From positions 1 to 37,871 of IMG/VR virus record IMGVR_UViG_3300021124_000013: DNA of 37,871 nucleotides; one strand, given 5' to 3'. The stretch is from a virus (Duplodnaviria; Caudoviricetes). A program made the translations under genes and the position numbers. The notes below the pieces were generated by a model. The model was not told where the DNA came from. It saw only the letters and a list, made by a program, of their open reading frames with translations, and did no database searches. This document shows positions 8,039 through 13,867 of this stretch, piece by piece (position 1 is the first letter of the stretch; each line of letters starts with the position of its first letter).

Positions 8039-8197
8039 TTACTGATACGTAGGTCGTATCAGAATGTCGACAATATAGTTACCTAGGTTGTTCTCCTGGG
8101 CATAGTTATGCGCCATCTCTGGCGTATCAAATGGTCCATATACTGAGACGTCTACTAATGTAGTCAGCGCATGGGCTTGCTTAAGAATGTACATCAT
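8039..8197 (-). CDS. 52-aa hypothetical protein (not in ORF track)
   Basis: MMYILKQAHALTTLVDVSVYGPFDTPEMAHNYAQENNLGNYIVDILIRPTYQ*; ATGA overlap. Confidence 0.7.
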   Translation of the reverse strand: MMYILKQAHALTTLVDVSVYGPFDTPEMAHNYAQENNLGNYIVDILIRPTYQ

Positions 8198-8349
8198 CGC
8201 CAAGTCCACAAGAACCGAAGGTAGTACTTCCAGAATAAGAAACTAATCTGGAAGTACTGGTCATGTGGGCTGTAGTACAACCCAATGTCAAAGCCCCTGC
8301 CACTGTTGTGGGCATAGTGCTGTATCCATGAAGGCTTTAATGATTTCAT
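8194..8349 (-). CDS. 51-aa aromatic-rich hypothetical protein
   Basis: MKSLKPSWIQHYAH...FLWTWR*; ATGA overlap with the GATase stop. Confidence 0.65.
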   Translation of the reverse strand: MKSLKPSWIQHYAHNSGRGFDIGLYYSPHDQYFQISFLFWKYYLRFLWTWR

Positions 8350-9224
8350 TCTAGTCCCCAACTTTCTGATACTACATCTGACTTCTTCATATGAGTGCCA
8401 CCATAGTAGCAGTTGCAATCTACATACTGCGACTTGCAATCAAAGCAGTACATACACCAGTGGCATGTGTTCTCTAACTCGAGCATGCTTTCTTCATCTG
8501 ATTCAGCAGCACAGTTAGGGCATTCCACTAATCCATTTTTGTTCTTGGCGAGCGGCTTACCTTTCTTGTCCGTTGGAAAAAAGTCAAGCTCTTTATCAGC
8601 AACCCAACCTCCTGTTACCATGCTACGAGGCTTGGGTTTGTAACTAGACATTGGCGTAAGGTAACAAGAGTTGTTAGACCACCACACACCATGCTTATCT
8701 TCGGTGCCAAGATGTGCATTGAGTACATACATTTGATACTGAGCAACAGGATCTACTGTAAGTACACAGATCTTAGAACCAGAGGTGTAGTCTTCTAACA
8801 TATCCCAGATCAATGGGTTGTCTAAAGCAGCAACACCACCGATGGCAGGCAGCAGATCATCAGCAAAGACACGTGTGTCACTACGATCATCCTTTGCAGG
8901 GATCTTAATATCAAGCACACCATTGTGTCCAAGGTGTGTCTTCTCATCATTGCCTACTAAGAATGGATGACAGTTAACAACGTTACGGCTACCATGTGTA
9001 GCATAACGAGCATGCCACATTGACCAGCCTGTTGTGTACTTCTTCTTCATCTTAATGAACCGGGCAATAGATTCATCAGCATCCATAGTGCGCTCGCGCA
9101 AGATGCGATTCTCTTCTGGAATAACAATAGAGAATCCAAAGCCATGCGGATTGTTAAGGGCTGATGCTTCGAGCTTTTCTTTATCAGGCGTTACTCCTGG
9201 TGGTACTACACATAACATACACAT
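8346..9224 (-). CDS. Class II (Ntn) glutamine amidotransferase-like protein with Cys-rich C-terminus
   Basis: N-terminal MC, NPHGFG, HARYATHG, NCHPF, HNG, SDT, WWSN. Confidence 0.9.
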   Translation of the reverse strand: MCMLCVVPPGVTPDKEKLEASALNNPHGFGFSIVIPEENRILRERTMDADESIARFIKMKKKYTTGWSMWHARYATHGSRNVVNCHPFLVGNDEKTHLGHNGVLDIKIPAKDDRSDTRVFADDLLPAIGGVAALDNPLIWDMLEDYTSGSKICVLTVDPVAQYQMYVLNAHLGTEDKHGVWWSNNSCYLTPMSSYKPKPRSMVTGGWVADKELDFFPTDKKGKPLAKNKNGLVECPNCAAESDEESMLELENTCHWCMYCFDCKSQYVDCNCYYGGTHMKKSDVVSESWGLE

Positions 9225-10531
9225 TAGTTGTCCTCCTCAGAACTTGTGTTAGTTGGGATACGATCACGTTCAAACAACTCATTCAAGATGATGAACAAGT
9301 TAGGGTAAGTCTCAGAGTTCTCATTGACATAGCCAACAAACCTGACCCATGCAAATGAATTACTCTTACCAGTAACACGAAGGTTACGGGTGTACTCAAT
9401 AGCAGCAGCAACAAACTCGACTGCTGATAAGACACGTTCTTTACGTAGCGATCCACGAAAGACACGGATCTCTAACGTTGCACGGTTGTCAGTATTAACA
9501 GCAGAGTATCTGCCATCACGCTGCCTACCGGACTTTACTTTACGAACTACTCCGCCCTTGTCATTGAACGCAGCATAGGTAGATGAACGACCAGCAATAC
9601 GTTTGACTTGCTGCTCATTGTCATAGATCAACTTCATAAACTTAATCTGATGACTGTCACCACGTACATCTATGTCAGTACTAAATGCAGTACGAGACAC
9701 ATGCACATGCAGACCACACGATCTAGTGTTCCAAGATCTAAAGCCTAGGTCTTGTAACTTACTTAAGAATGTCCAGTTAAAGTTAGTCTGGAATTCTTTT
9801 AGTGTGTGTGGATGAGTGACAATCTCAAAGCCATGATTAAGTGAACCATCATACTTAAGATAAATACGCTCACCATTAGAACGATGTGCTAACTCAGAAC
9901 CAAAGTCAAAGTCTGAACCCATTGACTCTACTTCTAATTCGATACCAAACCCATAAGGTGTATCGCTACCATAAAAAATAGGCACTGGCTTGTAACTATA
10001 GTTATGAATAAAATTACTATCACTATCGTTCTCTTCATTACAATCATGCATGTCCCAATCATTCTCATGCATACGATCATTACAATCTCTGCATCTAATT
10101 GGTGTGTCATAACAAGTGCGACACATATATTGATCACGGAACTCTGACCATATAATGCCAGGATGATGAACGTCATAGAAAGCACGACCACTGCCATGCG
10201 CTGCACATACAATAGCTTCTAGTTCACCACTAATGCGCTCGCTAATAATCTTCTTATGACATGGACGACAGGTATCCCTATCGTTAAACCATCCTTCTTT
10301 ACTGGTATTAGTAGAACGCTTACGACAGACAGTACAAGTAAATGTACAACGATCGTGTGCCCATACTTCTTTAGTGTCACCTAAAGATGGATCACATTCT
10401 AGTGCATAGGTTGTAACGCGTGCGGTATGAAACGCCCTAACATTACGAGATTGGATCTTAAACAATTGATCTCTGCATTCATAGCATGCAGCGATCTCTA
10501 TTACTACCGGGGTACTGATTGTGTCCGGCAT
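9224..10531 (-). CDS. Glutamine-synthetase-fold amidoligase (COOH-NH2 ligase) with Cys-rich N-terminus
   Basis: GIELEVE, KYDGSL, FEIVTHP, CGLHVHVSR, RYSAVN, TLEIRVFRGSL. Confidence 0.9.
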   Translation of the reverse strand: MPDTISTPVVIEIAACYECRDQLFKIQSRNVRAFHTARVTTYALECDPSLGDTKEVWAHDRCTFTCTVCRKRSTNTSKEGWFNDRDTCRPCHKKIISERISGELEAIVCAAHGSGRAFYDVHHPGIIWSEFRDQYMCRTCYDTPIRCRDCNDRMHENDWDMHDCNEENDSDSNFIHNYSYKPVPIFYGSDTPYGFGIELEVESMGSDFDFGSELAHRSNGERIYLKYDGSLNHGFEIVTHPHTLKEFQTNFNWTFLSKLQDLGFRSWNTRSCGLHVHVSRTAFSTDIDVRGDSHQIKFMKLIYDNEQQVKRIAGRSSTYAAFNDKGGVVRKVKSGRQRDGRYSAVNTDNRATLEIRVFRGSLRKERVLSAVEFVAAAIEYTRNLRVTGKSNSFAWVRFVGYVNENSETYPNLFIILNELFERDRIPTNTSSEEDN

Positions 10532-10556
10532 CTCTCTCTCCTTATTTAGTAGTTAG

Positions 10557-10997
10557 TTAGTACCAACCATGAGTTCGCTCATGGCTCCAAGCGATAGAAG
10601 GCTTTCCATATCTGTGTGATATGTAAGCCAGCCCCCGCTCAACTTGTTGCGGGGCTGGCGTTCGTGGATCTAACGCCAGTAATTGTGGAATACCACCAGC
10701 ATGTGAGCCGTCAGTAAGATCACCGACAACATCATTGTATGCACTAGGATTCCAGTGTGACTCTGCAGTCCAGAGTTTGTTCAGTGCTTTGTATTCAGTA
10801 CGATCCCAGCCATACTGTTCATACATCACAGTTTTAGCAAAGGATTTTATCTTTGTCATTGTCCAATACTTGTATGGTATTAAACAGGTAGGTCGAAGAT
10901 ACTTAGTAGTAAGAGCAGCAACTTTAGTTGGCGCAACTACTGACCACAGTGCAAGGTATGCACTAGTTACTATCGTCATTGCTTTCTTGTACTTCAT
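10557..10997 (-). CDS. Exported lysozyme-fold (SLT/transglycosylase-like) protein
   Basis: N-terminal signal-like segment; LWTAESHWNPSAYN, GIPQ, Q...GLAYI..RYG.P..AW.H....GWY. Confidence 0.85.
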   Translation of the reverse strand: MKYKKAMTIVTSAYLALWSVVAPTKVAALTTKYLRPTCLIPYKYWTMTKIKSFAKTVMYEQYGWDRTEYKALNKLWTAESHWNPSAYNDVVGDLTDGSHAGGIPQLLALDPRTPAPQQVERGLAYISHRYGKPSIAWSHERTHGWY

Positions 10998-11166
10998 GTG
11001 TGTCTCCTAACTCAGTCCAGCCTGCTGATTCATCAAGCACCCAACCTGCCCAATCTTCAGACAGACGCAATGCATCTGCCTTCTCCCTGGCACGTTCAAC
11101 GTCAGGTGCTTTAACTTCAACAGTCCAGAGTACATGCTCATGGATAGTCACTTTGTATTTCTTCAT
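10963..11166 (-). CDS. DpnD/PcfM-like small protein
   Basis: KKYKVTIHE....TVEVKAPDVERAREKA pattern. Confidence 0.6.
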   Translation of the reverse strand: MKKYKVTIHEHVLWTVEVKAPDVERAREKADALRLSEDWAGWVLDESAGWTELGDTHEVQESNDDSN

Positions 11167-11411
11167 GCTAATGACTCTTCAATTAACTTGGGGTCAACAT
11201 CCCAACTACCATCGTCAATCGATACATGTTCTTGAAACTTATGATCGGTTAATGCACCTTGGGTTCTGAGCCACCTTTCTTTGTCAGCCATTGAGTAATC
11301 TTCCCACTCGGCTGGCAGTGGATCAACAACAATGTACTTGTAATCCACTGACCATGTACGATGCAGACTAATGTAACGTGGCACATTAGGCATAACGTAA
11401 ACGTTATCCAT
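11163..11411 (-). CDS. Hypothetical protein
   Basis: 82-aa ORF with ATGA overlap downstream. Confidence 0.7.
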   Translation of the reverse strand: MDNVYVMPNVPRYISLHRTWSVDYKYIVVDPLPAEWEDYSMADKERWLRTQGALTDHKFQEHVSIDDGSWDVDPKLIEESLA

Positions 11412-11598
11412 TCTTAACTAACTTACGTGCGCGATGGCTACGCTGTCTAGCTTTAGCAGCATTGGTATACTTGCCTGACTTAACATACTTGCGAGTCACT
11501 TTAACTGCTGGTGTTGCCGGTGCTACTGTTGCATTAAGTTGCTCACGAAGAATCTCCTTGAGAACTTCGCGTGTTAGTTGTTCGATTGTCTTAGCCAT
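11404..11598 (-). CDS. Small basic protein, possibly nucleic-acid binding
   Basis: SD AAAGGAGAAG before ATG 11598; N-terminal helix, PA linker, then RKYVKSGKY and an Arg/Lys tail. Confidence 0.75.
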   Translation of the reverse strand: MAKTIEQLTREVLKEILREQLNATVAPATPAVKVTRKYVKSGKYTNAAKARQRSHRARKLVKNG

Positions 11599-11755
11599 TT
11601 GCTTCTCCTTTATTTTCATAGTGTTCATGTAAGTCGATCTCATCGCTTACACCTGCATGGTAGCCTGTCCACCAGGCAGATCTGTATGTAAAGAACCATA
11701 CAGAAAGTCCGATTACTACATCAATCAACATATTAAAGCCATTGTAAAACATCAT
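11591..11755 (-). CDS. 54-aa single-pass membrane protein (not in ORF track)
   Basis: SD AAGGAGAG; MMFYNGFNMLIDVVIGLSVWFFTYRSAWWTGYHAG...*. Confidence 0.7.
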   Translation of the reverse strand: MMFYNGFNMLIDVVIGLSVWFFTYRSAWWTGYHAGVSDEIDLHEHYENKGEANG

Positions 11756-11886
11756 TGTGCGCTCTCCTTAACTAACCAATGAGGATGCTTGTCATCATCA
11801 AAGTGTTCACGTACATTACATGGGCAATCATTCTTTATATACTGGCAATCGCATAACTCACAACTGCACAACTCATACTCTTTCAT
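11752..11886 (-). CDS. 44-aa Cys-rich (three CxC) microprotein (not in ORF track)
   Basis: SD AAGGAGAGAG; MKEYELCSCELCDCQYIKNDCPCNVREHFDDDKHPHWLVKESAQ*. Confidence 0.75.
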   Translation of the reverse strand: MKEYELCSCELCDCQYIKNDCPCNVREHFDDDKHPHWLVKESAQ

Positions 11887-11904
11887 TCTCTCTCCTTACG
11901 CTGA

Positions 11905-11945
11905 GGTGATCTGCCCCCTGCCGTTCGGCACAGGGGGCAGTCACC
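11905..11945. other. Strong intergenic hairpin in the early operon
   Basis: GGTGAtCTGCCCCCTG-ccgttcggca-CAGGGGGCAGTCACC; no U tract. Confidence 0.8.
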
Positions 11946-11953
11946 GACTACCA

Positions 11954-12142
11954 TTATCTTTCCGTACTCAAACATTTAGGGCAAGTAAATGTGGTGTAGT
12001 TCACATTCTTTTTATACACCAACATAAACGCCTGACCACAATCACAATAGACCTTGCCAGTCTCGGCAAGATAGTAATGCTCAGGCTCCTGAGCATGTAG
12101 AAGAATGTTATCTTCTACTTCTCCACTAATAAAACCTTTCAT
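11954..12142 (-). CDS. Small Zn-ribbon protein
   Basis: YCDCG...FTCPKC; ATGA overlap. Confidence 0.75.
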   Translation of the reverse strand: MKGFISGEVEDNILLHAQEPEHYYLAETGKVYCDCGQAFMLVYKKNVNYTTFTCPKCLSTER

Positions 12143-12558
12143 GCGTTGACTCCTTCGCAGTTAGGACAGACTACATACTTGTTACATTGTAGGTAACACC
12201 ACTGACATATTACCTGAGTACTAGGTACATCCAGATCCTCATCCTCATCAAAGATCCTGTCGGACATATGGACAACAGGTTCAGTGAACTCTTCCCTGAT
12301 AGATCCATCCTTGCTACGTGTACTGGAACTTATCCAGTCATGACCACTAGGCATAGGCGTATCTACCAACCATTGCTTGCGATAAATAACGTTGCCTTCG
12401 TCAACTATCGTATGGGCAAGCACAGTCTGGTTGGTATCAAACTTATCCTGGCATTCAGGACAACGACCACCAACCATATCTTCATGCAACTCAATACAGG
12501 CAACACAGTTATTCATAATAGTCAATTCGTTTTGTACAACAACTGAGTCATTCATCAT
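12139..12558 (-). CDS. Double zinc-finger early protein
   Basis: CVAC..CPEC at the N-terminus and CQWC...CPNC at the C-terminus; SD AAGGAGAG. Confidence 0.8.
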   Translation of the reverse strand: MMNDSVVVQNELTIMNNCVACIELHEDMVGGRCPECQDKFDTNQTVLAHTIVDEGNVIYRKQWLVDTPMPSGHDWISSSTRSKDGSIREEFTEPVVHMSDRIFDEDEDLDVPSTQVICQWCYLQCNKYVVCPNCEGVNA

Positions 12559-12600
12559 TCTCTCCTTACTAAGTTAAGAGTCAGCCGATCTGGCAAACTC

Positions 12601-12637
12601 AACAAACGGAAAGGCTGACTGCCGAAGCAGCCAGCCA
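12601..12637 (-). terminator. Intrinsic terminator-like hairpin after the SSB-like gene
   Basis: - strand GGCUGGCUGC-UUCG-GCAGUCAGCC followed by UUUCCGUUUGUU. Confidence 0.7.
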
Positions 12638-12651
12638 ATCCGCTCCGCGGA

Positions 12652-12981
12652 TTAGGCGGTGATGCTTGTGAGCACCAGCGTCTCAGTCCAGATACCTTTA
12701 GCATCGGCTGTGTTCTTAAGCCAACCTGTAATGGTGACTACTGGACGGCTAGACTTCTTAGCCTTCTGCTCCTCTGGCGATAGAGCGGCAAACTCTGCGA
12801 GGGCTGGGATCTCCCGCACTTGCTCTGCAATATCGAAGGTACGGAACGCCTTTGAGGTGGTGTAAGCACCGTGCTCGCTGCGATCTACGATGAAGCCAGT
12901 AGCGTACAGATTGCCGTTCTTAGCGGTAGCGATCTTGAGGCTGCTTACTTCCGCGTTAGTGAAGACGATTGAGTGTGACAT
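12652..12981 (-). CDS. OB-fold single-stranded DNA-binding-like protein (first early gene)
   Basis: SD AGAAGGAGAG; beta pattern 'TAKNGNLYATGFIV', 'FRTF', 'VTITGWLK', 'W..TLVLTSI' resembles an SSB/PriB OB fold; no acidic tail. Confidence 0.7.
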   Translation of the reverse strand: MSHSIVFTNAEVSSLKIATAKNGNLYATGFIVDRSEHGAYTTSKAFRTFDIAEQVREIPALAEFAALSPEEQKAKKSSRPVVTITGWLKNTADAKGIWTETLVLTSITA

Positions 12982-12986
12982 GTTTC

Positions 12987-13219
12987 TCTCCTTCTGTTTT
13001 GCCTCCCCGTTTTTGGGGTGGTCTGTGACCGACGCTTTGGCAGGGCAGACACAGGCTGTCACCCGAGGGCTCGTCGCCTTTAGCGACGTAAGCGCCCGAG
13101 GGCTAGAGGTCGCGGCGATCTAGGCAGCTCCGCTGCCTGCCGCGCACGATTAGACCTTGACAGCCTGTTAGGCTCTGCCACGGTCTCTCAGACCACCCTT
13201 TGGGGTGGCAGGAAGGAGA
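12987..13219 (+). promoter_or_regulatory. Putative single-strand (Frpo/sso-like) hairpin promoter with Y-shaped head
   Basis: Long stem with TTGACA 13157-13162 at the top of the paired arm and TG-C-CACGGT 13176-13184 facing a 6-nt bulge (13032-13037); two sub-hairpins at the apex. Confidence 0.6.
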
Positions 13220-13742
13220 ATGGCACACTGTCTTCACTGGAAGTAGCCTCTGCTACCGCTGGCAATCTGCTACTGGATACGTCGTGCAGCGGGTGCTTCA
13301 CGCCTCAGTTCCGTGCCATTGCAGAGCGGGGAGATACCCCGTCGCTCGCCGCTGACAGAGGACAGAAGCAGTCCAGTATCAGCATGGTTGGCACAGCCGT
13401 AAAGGTTCAGGACTGGCTGGTGCCACAGCCACCGTAGGTGGCAGGCAGTCAGCCATCCGAACGTTTGCCAGTCGGCTCGTACGAAAATAATGAATCTGAC
13501 TTGGCCCCAGTCGGAACATAGTGGAGACTGTGGGACAGCAGAGACAGCCGTCCATACCAGCCAACCTGTCTGCCAGCGTCTGACCCGGGTGGTTATTAAC
13601 TGGGCTTCCGTTCATAGACGTATCTCTGCCTAAATATTTCTGGTGTCATAGTGACACCTGTACCAGAATGTCCCAGTTTGTCCTATTTTGGAAAACACAG
13701 TAGCAAAGGAAACACAAAATTGTTTCCATCAAAACGTTCGTT

Positions 13743-13771
13743 TTGACTGTTTGAACGGATTAATACAGTAT
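13743..13771 (+). promoter_or_regulatory. Candidate promoter of the terminase/late operon
   Basis: TTGACT-17 nt-CAGTAT (or TACAGT at 15 nt), overlapping the palindrome TCAAAACGttCGTTTTGA. Confidence 0.4.
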
Positions 13772-13867
13772 AGGAAGTAAAGTTATTCGCAGGCTCTTAT
13801 ATAGCCTGCTCATACTGTTACAGACAGTAACTTATAGACGGACGGTTGTAGACGGGAAAGGTCTGTC

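Larger units (their letters stand above)
12583..13477 (+). repeat. Giant gapped inverted repeat (about 900-nt fold-back) enclosing the SSB-like transcription unit
   Basis: More than 25 colinear complementary blocks, e.g. 12613-12623/13444-13454, 12672-12679/13416-13423, 12822-12831/13318-13327, 12922-12930/13252-13260, 12958-12966/13230-13238, 13051-13061/13158-13168. Confidence 0.92.

Noticed and set aside
10628-10658. GCCAGCCC(C)CGC...GCGGGGCTGGC hairpin inside the transglycosylase-like gene
   Set aside because: It is intragenic with no U tract and is compatible with coding constraint; too weak to call.
13211-13246. Strong SD plus ATG (GGAAGGAGAATG) on the + strand as a gene start
   Set aside because: It gives only MAHCLHWK*, and it is explained as the mirror of the SSB-like gene's own RBS and start codon.
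13219-13442. Local hairpins suggesting a tRNA or stand-alone ncRNA
   Set aside because: There is no cloverleaf or T-loop consensus, and the much longer colinear pairing with the SSB-like gene explains the sequence better.
12583-13477. Retron, DGR template/variable repeat or transposon ends
   Set aside because: No reverse transcriptase or transposase is present, and the copy is inverted and gapped rather than A-mutated.
12890-13615. ORF-track ORFs 12890-13123 (+), 13379-13615 (-) and the upstream extension of the SSB-like ORF to 13062
   Set aside because: They have no RBS or motifs and overlap the fold-back; the strong SD places the true start at 12981.
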